Positions 1 to 15,430 are shown, counted from the stretch's first letter. The stretch: DNA of 64,000 nt from the human T2T-CHM13v2.0 reference genome, Homo sapiens (GCF_009914755.1 NC_060938.1); one strand, 5' to 3'. Numbers and translations are program-made. The notes: generated from the sequence alone by a model not told the origin.

Positions 1-334
1 ATGGTCCCTTCAGCCCAGTTTTGAGACCAAACCCCTCCCAGGTCTTTTTAAATTGTGCTTTTTTCTTCAGGGTCCGTCAACTGGGGTATATTTCTGTTTG
101 GAGACAGTGTACAGACACTTACATATTCAGATTCTATAGTCTGACCATCCTAAGTTCAAATCCCTGCTCTAATGTATAATTGGAGGAAACCTTCCTGTAA
201 GTATGATGGGCATGCCTACATAACGGCTTTGAAATACATGTGCTGGCCATTCATGAATTTAATTTTGTTCCTTTAGAACCATTTAACAGAGCATATTATT
301 ATGCCATTAATTATTATTAGTAGTAATAATAATG

Positions 335-585
335 ATAGTCATTATGTATTAAGGGCCTACTCTGTGTTAGCACTGTGCTAAATGTTTTGCATACATTATA
401 TCTAACTTTTACAATAACCCTCTAAAGTAAGTTGTTTCATCCCCCTTTTATACCTGAAAAAATTGAGACTAAGGAAGGTAAATAAATTGTCCAAGATTAC
501 AAGCTAGTAAGAGACAGAGCCAGAATTTAGTCTGAAAATCAGGTTTCTGTAGCTCCAAAGCCCAAAGCCCATGATCACTATAACT
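335..585 (-). mobile_element. MIR SINE
   Basis: Antisense MIR pattern (cctactctgtgttagcactgtgctaaatg...gaaaaaattgagact...gtccaagattacaagctagtaagagacagagcc). Confidence 0.75.
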
Positions 586-671
586 CCTTCCTTACCATCT
601 GAGATGGTAAGGACAAGGCATCTTACCTCTAGGTTGGGAGCTAAAGATCATAATGGTTTCGGCCTTACTAG

Positions 672-775
672 TATGATTAGCTTAGTGAAAATATGATTCA
701 CTTAGTGAAAATATTTATCAGCTTAATGAAATTTTATTAGCTTAATGAAACTTTCATTAGCTTAATGAAAAGATT
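672..775. repeat. ~20-bp tandem repeat, ~5 diverged copies (core ttagcttaRtgaaa)
   Basis: Units read directly: attagcttagtgaaa / attcacttagtgaaa / atcagcttaatgaaa / attagcttaatgaaa x2. Confidence 0.85.
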
Positions 776-1089
776 TTCTCTTGCTGGCAAAATAATTCAT
801 GTACTGCTTAATCAATGTTGAATCATTATTCTTACTAGATTTATACAACCTATTTCATTGTCTCGCCTTTAACACAGTGTGAAAATTTGCTGAAAAACTG
901 AGAGATGTCATTTTTAGAAACCAACATCTTTGATTTTTTTTTAAAAGAACTTAGTTCTATTCATCATTTTGGGTCCATACCTAAAACAGCTCTTGATGTG
1001 TAAGACATGCTTTATAAATTTGTGTTGAATGACATGAATGAATGAGAATTCAGTCTGGTTAAAAACAGCTTTATTTTAAAGCACTTGAT

Positions 1090-1275
1090 ACAGTGAAATG
1101 AGCTGTGGACACACGTCAAATAATCTATTCTCTAGATTTAGCCTGGCATTGACCCGCTGTGTGACTTACGTCAAGCCACTATTTCTTGACTGGCCCTCAC
1201 ATGCAATTTATCCTTTGCAAAATGATGGGATTTAATCTAAATGATTGCTAAGGTTCCTTCCAGGTCTCAGCTTTT
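1090..1275 (+). mobile_element. MIR-family fragment
   Basis: gctgtgtgac..caagccact...tgcaaaatg...ctaaatgattgctaaggttccttccagg. Confidence 0.55.
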
Positions 1276-2574
1276 GCAGCTTCCTATAGACTGTGAACAT
1301 GGGAATACAGTCTGATTTTCTCAGTGACTCATCTGGGACCCTAGAAACTGGCAGATTGGGAAAGAAAACTAATATTCTCTAAAACTGAATTTCTTAACTT
1401 ACAGATTATAAAACTCTACTTTTTACCATGTCTAAAAATTCAGTATTCGTGGAACAGCTGATATTATCTTTTGCTGATGGGCAAAATTAACAGGCACCTT
1501 TGAGACCTAGCTTCATATCTATGAAAATTCATTAAGTTGAAAGTTCATTTGTAAACAAGCTTCTCTAGACAGCTGAGAAGTGATTGTTCTATCTTGCATT
1601 GTATATATTTTAATCTTTTGTATTGACCTGTAGTCATCTCACTGGTCAAGCTAACATGTTTTTGATAGCCAAGAGTTGGAAAACCTGGTCACTATTGGCC
1701 TAATTGTACTCTTGGACCACCCATGGAACTCTTGGCAATTAGATTTTCTTATAAAACTCTTTCCTAGAGGGCCCTTTGTGGATAAGATGAGCCTCACATT
1801 GCATTTTAGAATAGTACGTGCTAAGAAGCAGTGCAAGTAAAAGTGTGACATTATAGAAGATGCCTCTGGCTTACTCATCTTCATTATGACAGGAATTTGC
1901 CATTGTCAATGTCTTATATGTTGTAGAATGAGAAAGAAATGACTCTTTGGAGTAGATATCTGCAATAAAATCTGGATTGATCTACTTACAGTCAGTTTCA
2001 GAGTAGGCAGTCTCCAGGGCACTGGGAGTAACTAGACTCTGGTCTCCAGGCCTAGGTTCAGCTACATTCCCTACAAGGCCTTTGGCGTGTACCTGTTCAG
2101 TTGGTCAGTCACCCTGTTTCCAAACAAAGGACATGGCCCTGAAAACTATACACAACAGGGCAAGATCCTGGCTCTAGTTTGGGATTCGTCATGTCTTTTT
2201 AGTTAGGCAAGCCTTCAATTTAGGGGACAGGATCAGAGCTGTGTCATAGATCTCTTATATCTTTGTGCCCTATCTTGCCCTCAAGACTGCCTCATCTCTT
2301 TGATTAGTTCCTGATGCTGTCATGGGCTAGGCCACCTTCCTCATTTCCTACTAAAATTTTCACTTTAACTAGGTTGAAGCAACTCATATCATTTCTAGCA
2401 TGTCACTGAATTCTATCCCTGCTCTTCAGAATCAGTTACACTTTTTCAACTAGGTATCCAGCACTGAGAAGGCACAGAGGAGACCAGGCCTGTAGCCAGT
2501 TGAGAGGTTACAAAAAGCATCAAATTGTAGGACAGTCTTATACAGGTGACTTTCTCATTCAGTGTAATGTGGAT

Positions 2575-2985
2575 TATATAAGTTGAGGCTTTTTGATTGC
2601 AAGCAATATAAATTACTTTGGCTAACTGAAAGGAAAAAAGAGTAATTTTTGAAGGTATAGAGAGTGTGTCATAGAATTGAAGGAAAAGTAGAACAGATTT
2701 TCAGAGTAGGACATCTGTGGGAGTAGAGGAAACAGAAACTAATGGTCACGTCAAGGCACCACCACTGGAATGAGTTCACTCCAGACATTTTCTGTTAAAC
2801 ATCTTTATTGTTTGACTAGTCATTCAGATTCCCAGCAGAGAATCTGACTGGCTTTGATTATAAGCCTACCTCTTAGCCAGGGAAGGCCCTGTACCTTAGA
2901 TGACAGTCCTACCAGCACTGCCCATAATAAAGGTCAGGGGTGGTTACCCAAAGCCAAGCACTTTTGGTGTTCCTACCAAAAAAAG
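2575..2985. mobile_element. Old MaLR LTR (MLT1-like) fragment
   Basis: ggctttttgattgcaagcaa...ggctaactgaa...gaagg and cagcagagaatctgactggc resemble recalled late-MLT1 consensus. Confidence 0.5.
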
Positions 2986-5889
2986 GACATTCAAAGGCAA
3001 CAGATGTCTACTACAAAATCTGTTCTATGGGATCTACAGTGAGGGAATAGATTCAGCCTTACAGCTAAAGAAACGGATTGCTATGCAGAGATTTCTGCTT
3101 CTTAGGAGTTGCCAAAAAGACCCTTATCCGGCTTAGGAGTTCTTGGCTGTGATTTTAGTGTTCTTTTGTTTCCCAAGTATTTTTAAAATGTAAATCAGTA
3201 ACTAGCAAGAGGCATCTTTGGTCATTGTAGTTGCTTGGAGTAGAATAAATTTAAAAAATTCTTTGATGTGAGAAAAATTACTATCATCATTATCACACAT
3301 GGAAGGTCAACATTAGGGCCAGTCATTGGAGTTAAACTGTCAGAAGAACATCCCAGTTACTTTCTCACTTTTGAGTTGTGTAGACTGACAGGATTTGAGT
3401 CTTTGAGGGCTTTGACTAGGGTAACTGACCTCAAAACAAATAGCTAGAGGGATATTTCTACTTCTATCCGCTGAGGGATTTGTAGCAAGAAGCCATATTG
3501 TGGATGGTATATTTTAATAACAAAGGGGATTTTAAAAGGAGGATGACACATTGATTTGGAATGTTTTCTCAACTGTATTTACTTATTCTTAAATATTTTC
3601 CTTCATGCTTTCTTTCTCAAGTGGATGACCAGCTGGTTGCCACCTTTTTCTTCTCTCTTTGCCTCTGTTCCTAATTTCTTTCTTATCCTTAACCACTCCA
3701 CTTTCCTTCCTCCAATCTTGTTTTCTCTCTAAATCTTTCCTCCAACCTTATTGAATCTCTCCCCTTCTTTTTGTTATCTGGTCATTTGATCTATAATTTC
3801 GATTCCTTTTCCTGAAATTCCCTCCTTTTTCCTTTTCCCCTAAACCATCATTCTAGTCCTCCCCACACCCAAGCTTCTTATCTCTTTGCTGTTAATCTCC
3901 AATGTGTTTATTGACTTGTGTGCCAAAAGGCAAAATCCCCAGCCCCCTCCCAACCATGCCAGTGCATTGAAAAGCAGCAGCTGTCATTGCTCAACAAGTT
4001 CCTTGTGATCTACAAATCAATGGATAAGAATTCTCACAGTGAAGGTTTACATGTATATATTTGTATGTATATATGAGACATGTGACCATGTTTAATGAAT
4101 GGAGAAGGACTTGGATCTTTTCTAGTAGAGAAGAGAAGCAGAAAGCTTTGCCTAACCCTATTTCTTTACTAAGGTAATGAAAAAATTATACAGGGAAAAT
4201 AAATGATGTTAATGAGAGAAACAGGGACAGGAGACCAATAAACAATCATCAGGCATGAGAATATCTTGCTGAACTTATTATTGATAGTAGACACAGGAAT
4301 GTAATATAAATGCAGTGATGGAACAGAAAGCAGACTCAGGAAAGAAAGAGATGATAATAAATAGTAATAAAATCCAAGTGATTCATATGCTCAAGTGAAA
4401 GAAAGAAGAAAGAGGGCAGTGTACACAAAGTAAAAGGGCAAGAAAATGGAAGTAGAGTCATCACTCGTAGAGATAAATAGTTGGGAAATATGAGAAGCCT
4501 TCCTGACATCAGTAAAATATTACATGTTAAACAGCAAACAAAAGACAACAACAGTGTCTGTAGTACTTTTGGAATATAAAAGTTAGATAATACTAGAGTA
4601 GTATCTTCAAAATAAGCAACTTCAGAAATCAAGTCCCCAGTAAAGGGAATTGGAAGAATTTGAATAGATGAAATAAGGAGCAGTGGCAAGTGATACAAAC
4701 CTTAAGCAGGAAAAGTGATTTTAAATGGTACTGGCAGGTTAACAACTGGCAAAAAGAAAAAAAAAGAAAAGAAAAGCAAGATGGTGCTATATCCCCCAGG
4801 TGCTGGGAAACCAACCTGGCCTAAAAAAGGAGCAGACCCACCTAACTTTTTGCCAAGCACTGTGCTAGGTGCATTGCATACACTTTTAATTTAAGCCTCG
4901 CTGTACATAAAAGTGAAGCCAAGGTCTGAGAATGATATCCATTGGGAGGAAAAAACAGGAAAATTTTCTGAGCCAGTTCCAAAGTCATAAGGCTCAGGGG
5001 GAATAACTTTGACTTTGTCAAGTCAGAGTGAACAGCCAGAGTCAGCAGACATAGGATATTGTCAGAGGTAAATCACCAGCTTGGTCTGGTCTGTCTTATT
5101 GCAAGGTCAGAGGACCATAGCAAGCCAGCCAAATGTTTTCAACCATGGAAATCCCCTAACTTTCCAACTGCTGCAGTCCCACAGCTCTGAGCTTTTACTC
5201 ACAGGATGGCTCCCTTCCAGCTTTCAAATCTCTCCAAGTTGATTAATCATTTTCTTGTTCTGACTCATTCAGGCCTCTAGAAAAATAGCTGTAGGTACTG
5301 GAAGGGCTATGTAGATCAAGGAGGTCAGATAAATTGGCTTGATGTTGGTCTATAGAAAAATCTAGAAGATATTGCCAAAAGCTTTTAAGCATACCGTCTT
5401 CAGATGCTGGGATGTGGGCTATATCCACAGGCCATTGGCTCATTCATGTGTTTGAAGCAGAATATTTTTGTGTGCATTAGGAGACTTGGGTATGTTCATT
5501 TCTTAATGTAATGTTAGATATTGTAAGCTGGTTGTTTAGACAGTAGAATTTCATTGTGACCACTTATTTTTATATCTATTTAGATGGAGTACAGGCCAGA
5601 TTATAACCCCCTAACAAGAACAGCAACAGTAAACACACAGATAGTGCTTATTATTAGTTAAGCATGGTACTAATATTTTCCCTAAGAGGCCACATTCACA
5701 GGACTGAAATGTCAGTTCTGGTTGTCTGAGCCAAGGGCATATATGCTGATTACATTATTTTGTCTGGCTAATACACTTTATCATGAAGCTTATTTTAGAA
5801 GAAATGTTCATTTTTAGATTTCTGTTTGTATATTTAGGTCATACTATAAGGTCCATTCTCTTGCTTTTATAATAATTTAGTCTTCTGCT

Positions 5890-6775
5890 TTATTCATTCA
5901 ATTCATGAACATTCATTAAGTACCTGAGTATGCTAGTCATTGGAGATGCAGTTGTAACTAAGGCATCACCCCAGACCTGAAGTTTTATGTTGTGTTTTGT
6001 GCTTAGTGATTGGCATAAGTAAAATACTTGAGGAAACACAGAAGCAGCAGCAAATATTTCTGCAAAGGAGAAGAGAAAATATTTGAGTTGAAGCTTCAAG
6101 AATATATCAACATTTTCCAGTTTGACAAGGGTGGGAGGAGCCCCATCAATACAGGGAACAGCATGTGGAAATGCAAAGAGGTGTGAAAGAGCATAGTATA
6201 TTCAGGGTGAAAAAATACATTTTTTATGAATTGTAGTAGAAAATGAGCCGAAATAGGTTAAGTTGAGGTAAGATTGTGATGGGTCTTACAGCATACTAAG
6301 GCATTATCCTGTAAGTAATAGAAGGGCTTATGGAGGTTTTAAAGAAAGAGAGTAACTTCATTTGATTTCTTTTTTCAGGAAGAGAATTCTGATGATAGTG
6401 TAGGGTGGAAAAAAGGGGTAACAAAGGAACCAGTGGGAAAGCTGCTGTATAGTCTGGAAGTGGTAGCAGTAAGAGGAGAGGTGAAGGGACAGATTTGAGA
6501 TGCATATCAGAAGTCAAATGAGCAGACTACTGTGACTGGTTGGATACAGGGGTGGGTGTTTGAGTGGGACCTCCAGTTAGGAACTCAGATGTCTGGATGG
6601 GTCATGCTGCCTTCAACAAGAAATTCAGAGGAAAAGCAGCCTTGGGGAATGATGAGGTCATTTTGTAACATGTTGAGTTTAAATTAAGGCACTAATGAGA
6701 AGAGACATTCAGGTGGAGAAGTCCAATGGACGACAATAGTATGGGTCAAGAAAGAAAGCTGAGAAGTATCTGAAT
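5890..6775 (-). mobile_element. L2 LINE 3' part, interrupted by Tigger3
   Basis: Antisense L2 tail (ttattcattcaattcatgaacattcattaagtacc) followed by purine-rich L2 body; appears to resume briefly at ~7710-7765. Confidence 0.75.
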
Positions 6776-6777
6776 TA

Positions 6778-7707
6778 CAATTATGCATCACTTAATGATA
6801 GGAATGTGTTCTGAGAAATGAGTTATTAGGTGATTTCAACATTATGCAAACATCATCGAGTGCACTTACAAAAACCTAGATGGTATAGCCTGCTATACAC
6901 CTTGGCTGGATGGTACAGCCTGTTATTCCTGGGCAGCAAACCTGTAGAGCATGTTATTGTACTGAATACTATAGGCAATTGGAACACAATGGCAAGTGTT
7001 TGTGTATCTAAACATAGAAATTAAACAGTAAATATATGGTATAAGAGATCAAAAATGGTATATCTATGAGGGTACTTACCATGAATGGAGCTTGCAGGAC
7101 TGAAAGCTGTTCTGGGTGAGTCAGTGAGTGCACGGTAAGTAAATGTAAAGGCTTAGGATATTACTGTACACTACTGTAGATTTTATAAACACTACACTTA
7201 GGCTACACTAAATTTATTTTACAAATTTTCAACAATAAATTAAGTGTAATTACTGTAACTGTTTGACTTTATAAACTTTTAATTATTTTTAACTTTTTGA
7301 CTCTTTTGTAGTAAAACTTAAATCAAGCACAAGAGAAAATGATATACAATCAAGAGGTAAACAGGAGATATATGAGGCTGCTGCTGCTGTTACATATAAT
7401 ATTGTTTTACAGTAAAATATTTTTAATATGTAGAAAGAGTACACTGTAAAATAATGATAAAAGTATAGCAGAGTAAAAACAAACCACTAACATAGTCATT
7501 TATTATCATTATCAAGTATTATGTGCCGTACATTATTGTATGTGCTGTGCTTTTATATGACTAACAATACAGTAGGTTTGTTTACACCAGCATCACCACA
7601 ACCACGTGAGTAATATCTTGCACTATATCATTAGGACAGCTACAGTGTCACTACATGATAGGAATTTTTCAGCTCCATTATATTGTTGACCACGTAGCAC
7701 ATAACTG
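6778..7707 (-). mobile_element. Tigger3(b)-type TcMar DNA transposon, internally deleted
   Basis: TA target duplications at 6776-6777 and 7708-7709; degenerate TIRs (caattatgcat / gcacataactg); internal Tigger3 motifs (ttctgagaaatg, aacctagatggtatagcct, gtttacaccagcatcaccaca, ggaatttttcagctccatta). Confidence 0.88.
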
Positions 7708-7811
7708 TACTTGAAGCCAAGACAGCCAATTAGATCAAGCAGAAGAGGAGGGGGCCAAGGACAGTAGTGTATTCTGTTTTGCTTTTTTTCCTCTTAAGAG
7801 CTGAGATCTTC

Positions 7812-8630
<819 letters not shown>

Positions 8631-8631
8631 A

Positions 8632-8928
8632 AGAGAAGAGGTCTTGCCATGTTGCCCAGGCTGGAGTGTAGTGGCCATTTGCAGGTGCATTTCCGCTACT
8701 GATCAGCATAGGAGTTTGATGTGCTCTGTTTCCAAACTGGGCAAGTTCAACCCTCCTTAGGCAACCTGGTTGTCCCCTGCTACTGTAACGTCACCATATT
8801 GATGTCAAATTTAGTGAGGATACCTGATCAGCATTGTGTCCTATAGCCCAGAACTCCTGGGCTCAAGCAATCCTCCTGCCTCAGCCTCTCTGGGAGCTGG
8901 GACTATAGGTGCCACCACCATGCCTGGT
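8632..8928 (-). pseudogene. RN7SL: 7SL (SRP RNA) retropseudogene, full length, diverged
   Basis: Reverse complement contains both Alu-domain ends plus the 7SL-specific S domain (gagttctgggct, catcaatatggtgac, ccaggttgcctaaggaggg, tgctgatcagtag); ~297 bp. Confidence 0.95.
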
Positions 8929-9795
8929 GAGATTGTGTATCAAGGAATTTATTCATGCTATATAGAGAGTTTTAGGAGTTCACCAACAGGGTTTTACAAC
9001 CATGTTTGTTGTTTTTATGGCAGAACACACTTTGGATTCTGTTCTTCTTCTACATATGACTAACAGACTTTTTAATGAGGTCTGATGCCTCAATCAAAGG
9101 CTAGTAAAACACTGACCCCTTCTAGGCCATTATCTTTGTGTCTATTTGGGGAGGAGTTGGGGAGTTGTTCTCTGAAACGCAAACATGTACTCCTGCTCAG
9201 CTTTCCCTGGCTGACCTGGATTCCAAATGACTGTTGGCTCCTCTATATAGATTTGCAGACATCCACACAAAGGAGTGTCATTTGTATGCAGCCCCTTAAC
9301 TAATTGTAACAGTCTGTTCCTTAAGTCTCTGAGAAAGCACACAAATTGATTCCCCAGCACTTGCCTATTTTTGAGGACACCTGTATGACCCTTCATCAAA
9401 CCAGCTGACACATTCTGCCTGCCTTTATTCACCTGCTATTTCAATTATGTGAGCAGTGATGTATCTGTCTCAAAAATCTCTGTCCTGGGAAATTTCTTCA
9501 GAAGAGAATTATTGGAAAAAAATTTTTTTGCTGTGGAGCCAACTCAGGGCTTTAAATCTTTTCCAGCCTACAGAGCACCTGGATTCAAGTGTCTATTCCC
9601 TCCTGACTCTGGAAGAATGAGTTACATCTTGAATTGAGGATCATAAGCACATTGAGAAACTATGAGTTTATTTCTTCCTGCTGTTAACTGAAGCAATGAA
9701 AAATAAACAAATCTAGATAGCCCAGAGCCAGTTTTAAGTATCACAAGATGGGGCCTAGCAATGTACTAGAACTTAGGAGCCTTAGTTTCAAAATA

Positions 9796-10637
<842 letters not shown>

Positions 10638-10665
10638 AGAAACATTTTTCACAAAATAGAATTCC

Positions 10666-10992
10666 TTAGTTTAGTTTAGTTTTGTTTTGTTGTTTTTTTG
10701 TTTTTTAAGATGAGGTCTTGCTCTGTCGCCCCAGCTGGAGTACAGTGGCACAATCATAGCTCACTGCAGCCTTGAACTTCTGGGCTCAAGCAGTTCTCTC
10801 ACCTCAGCCTCCCAAGTAGCTAGTACTACAGGTATGTACCACTGTGCCCAGCTAAATTTTAAAAAATTTTTTGTAGAGACAAAGATCTCACTGTGTTGCC
10901 CAGGCTGATCTCAAATTCCTGCCCTCAAGCAATCCCCCTTCCTTGGCCTCCCAAAATGCTAGGATTACAGGCATGAGCCACTGTGCCCAACC
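10666..10992 (-). mobile_element. AluJ with TTTAG/TTTTG-derived tail
   Basis: atcatagctcactgcagccttgaac, gggctcaagc J-type features. Confidence 0.92.
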
Positions 10993-13649
10993 ATATTTAT
11001 TGCTTTTTACAAGAAAAAGTTATTGATAGGTTATGCTAACCCTTACTCATCACTGTAACACTCAGCTTGGTCTCAACTCTTAAAACCAGACCATATAATG
11101 TAATACAATGTATCCCTGCGTTGTGGTCTGTGGAACACCTGCAATTAATTCTATCAGTTTGGGGTTGATGTGATACTGGTTAACAATTCAGATTCCTGCA
11201 TTCCACCAGGGATCAGAATATCTGAGGTTGGAGTGTGACCTTGGGCAAGATGTGTTGCTCTTCTTAGCCTGTTTCTGGATCTATATCAGAGAACTGGTCA
11301 TGATGATATCTCTGTCCTTTTCAGCTGTGATGTTCTGTAGCATTCTGTGAACCACTATCAGGAGACACTAGTTCTACAGAAATCTTGGGACCTTAACAAC
11401 AACAACAAAATGACAAATATTTATCAAATAGTCACAGCATATAATGCGCTATACTGGTTACCAAGTTCACATAGATAACTAAGCTGTGGCCCTTGTCCTT
11501 GTAGAAATACAGCCTCCTGGGGCCCAGATAAGACAACTGTTATCTGAGGAAAACGCCTCCACTCCCTCCTCACTTCCCTCCTGGGCACCTGGGGGGATGT
11601 GGTTAGACACCTGTCCTTCCTATGGCATTTCTCCTGCTTATTCGCCCCTTCTCTGACTCCCTTTCTCAAGGTGTCACCAATACCAGCACAGCCACTCTTG
11701 ATGGTATTGAGTTTACCAAACACTGAGAAATCCTAAGTGTGTCAAGTCAGCCCAAGAACACTTACAACCCTGCTTTCTGCCTGACATGGAGGTCACAACT
11801 GCTTTCTCATCACACGCTGATCCTCCAGAGACGGAAGCAGTCATCCTGCTCCAGCCTCAGCCTCTACTTCCCAAAAAGCTGTCCTTCTCCACAGTCTTTT
11901 TTTTTTTTCTTTTTTAAACTGGGCACCAGGACTCCATTCTAGTGCCTGACTTTGATATGTTTTCTTCAACTCACTGCTCTCTTCTTTTGTTCACTGTTCT
12001 CTGTCTTCTTCCACTCACCTATCTCATCAGCCCAGCCCTGTGGTACTGCCCCAGTTCTGAGACCCTGGAGTTCCCTTTATAATCTCCACCAGCCAAAAGA
12101 ACCATATGAGGCCTCTTTACCTAGCAGACTCTTGATATAACTATCAGATATTCCAACAATCTCATTTCAGATACTTTCCATTGTCCCTTTAAGTATACAT
12201 TGCTGACAAGAGCCCTGGTTTTTAGTTGAGAAAATCAGGCCAGTATAACTGTAATTTAATATCTAAATTAAAAAGTGAAAGGTCTTAGGTTGGATGTGAA
12301 AAAGCTACATTAGTCACATTGTTTTGGGCCACAACTGTTCCTTATTTTTACACAGTCTGTCCATCCAGAAGGCCACTGTCTGTCCATGAGAACATCCACG
12401 AAGGCATCAGAGCTGAGAGACCTTCTCACTAAATGTGACACTGACACTGTCCAGGAGCCGCAGCCTCACTCTATCAGCAGCTGAGGTTTTTATAGGGTGC
12501 CCCTATTACCCTGGGTGTTGTATCTACCATTATAAAGACTGCCTTGGATCTCTAGTTTTTTTTCATCTCAGAACAGACCTCATTGTGTCTATTTGGAGCC
12601 CCAGCCCATGCCTGTTGTGTGTGTAATAAGTGCGATGACTTAGAACAGCGCCTTTCACTCCAGGAGCTGGAAACCTTTAACAACCTCAACTCCACTTCCT
12701 TATACAGCCACTTAGGGAAGGACAGACAATAAACAGGAACTTCTGGGGATTGTCTGTTCAGGAAAAGCGGAGAGAAAAAGAAGACATATTTTTTACTTAC
12801 CTAAGATTTCATTAGAGGTGCCTTACTAATCAATTGCCAGGCAGTTAAAAGTGATAAAGGATGATTCTTTATCTAACGAAAGAAAAGCCAACTGAAGTTT
12901 CAGCTGGCTCAGGAACTTGCTTTTCATGGTGAATTGCTAGTAGAGTAAGATAAAGCGTCCAGAGTACAAAATGCCTCTTGTTTTCATGTGGCCTGACATT
13001 TGTTCATATCCCTGCCCTTGTTTACTTCTCAAAGAAACAGGTTCTATTCCCGTAGTCGTCCCAACTCACTCATAGGTAATGCCAGACTCAAGGACATTAG
13101 CCCAAGGAAATTTGCCTTGATGTTTTTCTTCCTGAAGAAATATTGGACTGTTTTCTATTTCTTCAAGTTATGCTATCAAAGAAAGAAAAATTATCTTACG
13201 CTTTTGTTGGGTAAGTAGGGAAGAAGCTGAGAAGGAAAAGGAAAGGAACTAGCATATGCTTTGCCTCATGTACTAGGCTAGGCACTTTACCTACATTATC
13301 TTATTAAGCTAAAATAAAACCAAATTCATGTGACAAGTCTGCAAAGCAAAGCAATTCTAGTGAGCTTACCATCTGTGCTTGTTTATCGTTTGTTAGCCAG
13401 TAGCTGTTTGGATGTTATCATAGCTTTCACCCCAGATATCTACCTGGGCCTAGTCTATGACTTTTTCTTGTCTTTCCCTTTAAAATGTGGCTCTGGGAGG
13501 CGGAGAAACCCAACGTGTGTATTCTTTCCTATTGGAAGCTGCTATACGTGGTTGGAACCTAGAATCTAAAAACTTCTTCTCTTTCCTTTTTTCTCTTCTT
13601 TCTTCCTTTGTTATGAGAAAAACCTGTTCTCTTTTTAAATTGTCAATCA

Positions 13650-13955
<306 letters not shown>

Positions 13956-14239
13956 TCAATCATGGTGTCATGATAAAATATTTCGCTTCATCATTTTGGC
14001 TAAGTCTAATTAACATAGGTTCCATTTAAATTTAAAATTTTTTAGTTCTCAGGTTTTATTTTTTTTTTAAATAGTTAAAAAGTAGTTTCTGCCCATCTCC
14101 CTGCCCTCTCCCTGCAAGCAGTCCAGCTCATGTATGTTTTGTCTACCATTCCCAAGACCATCAAATGATTCCCCTGCCCAGTCATGTCTCCCTTCATGAA
14201 TTCTGGTGCCACACTGAGTTTCTGTCCTACTCCTATCTC

Positions 14240-14870
14240 TTTTGAGCTGTGCAACCTTGGGCCTACACTCAGTTTCCCCATCTGAGGATACTTATTGGGT
14301 TGTTATGAGGATTAAATGATTCTGGCAGTGTCTGCCGGGTCTCCAGACTTCCCCTGCTTATGTTGACCCTGTATACAGCTGCCAGATCAGTTTGTCTCAG
14401 CCTGGCTATACCTCAGCTCTGAAGCTTCTCTGGTTTCTGCCACCTGTGCCTTGCTATCTGAGCCCCTTCCAGGCTACTCCACACTACCCTTTCCAGATCT
14501 GTCTCTCACTAATCTTCGGCATAAACCCTTGTCCTCCAGCCAGCCTGGACTAGTAGGATTTCTGTAAAGATGCATTTGTTTTCTTCACTTTAGACTTGGC
14601 TCAGTCCATCCTGTTTGCCCAGAATGAATTCTTTTCTCATCACACTTCAAGGTACGCTCCGTAGCTGTCCTACCCAGGGAGTGGTTGGAGGTGACTGCCA
14701 ACCTCTGAACCCCTAGATAGTCTATACGTGGACCGCACTTATCACAGATTGCCTGGAAATAGAAGCTACTAACACATCTTGTTTCCCTGTGCAGGTTGTA
14801 GACCCCCTGAAGGTAGAAAGTCTAGTTTTTCTTACATATCAGTGCATAATAAAAATTTGTTGAAAAAATA
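14240..14870 (+). mobile_element. MIR fragment followed by degraded L2 3' region
   Basis: ctcagtttccccatctg...gaggattaaatga; then L2-like pyrimidine-rich body ending aataaaaatttgttgaa. Confidence 0.55.
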
Positions 14871-15049
14871 AAGCTCCTTTTTTCACCTTTTCATCTCCTC
14901 ATTTTGAATTCAGTAGTTTCCTCTAACGTTCAAACAGAGGAAGGTAGGGTACATAGCAATCAGGACTTTGCCTTACTTCATCATCATATACTTTTCAAGT
15001 ACCTGCTAAGTGTTTAAAACTGTGCTAATTGCTGGGGTTAAGAATAATA

Positions 15050-15250
15050 TTATAGCCACAATTTACTGAGCCCTTCCTAGGTGCTAAACGCCATGCTAAA
15101 TAAGTACTTTTCACACATTATCTCTTTTAATATTTGTGACAACCACATGAGGAAGATATTATTATTATCAGTATATTATTATGTAAGCTCTAGGTCAGAG
15201 AAGTTAGTAGCTTACTCAAGATCACCCACCTAGTTAGTGGTAGAGCCTCT
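15050..15250 (-). mobile_element. MIR
   Basis: atttactgagccc...atctcttttaat...ctcaagatcacccacctagttagtggtagagcc. Confidence 0.7.
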
Positions 15251-15254
15251 TAAT

Positions 15255-15430
15255 TATGGGATATGATCTACTCCTGGACATGATCTTGGGCATGGAGGCC
15301 CTAGAAAGCTTAAGCTCACCCTAAAGGAGCTGATGCTAGAGGCTGTCTGCTGATCATACTCCCCATAGGAGGACAGCAAGTGCTTCCTTGAAGGAGGCTC
15401 TTGGCACCACATTTTAATGTATACTATACT
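15255..15430. mobile_element. Old ERVL-type LTR fragment (tentative)
   Basis: gaggctgtctgctgatcatactcccca...cagcaagtgcttccttgaagg resembles recalled ERVL LTR sequence; family uncertain. Confidence 0.35.

Noticed and set aside
672-775. CRISPR-like array
   Set aside because: Contiguous tandem units without unique spacers; eukaryotic context with no cas genes
8632-8928. Functional SRP RNA gene
   Set aside because: Many substitutions with CpG decay, 3' junction disrupted by L1, and lies in repeat context
12795-13250. Minus-strand exon from isolated consensus donor/acceptor
   Set aside because: Isolated splice-like motifs are common in long non-coding DNA; no supporting frame or other evidence
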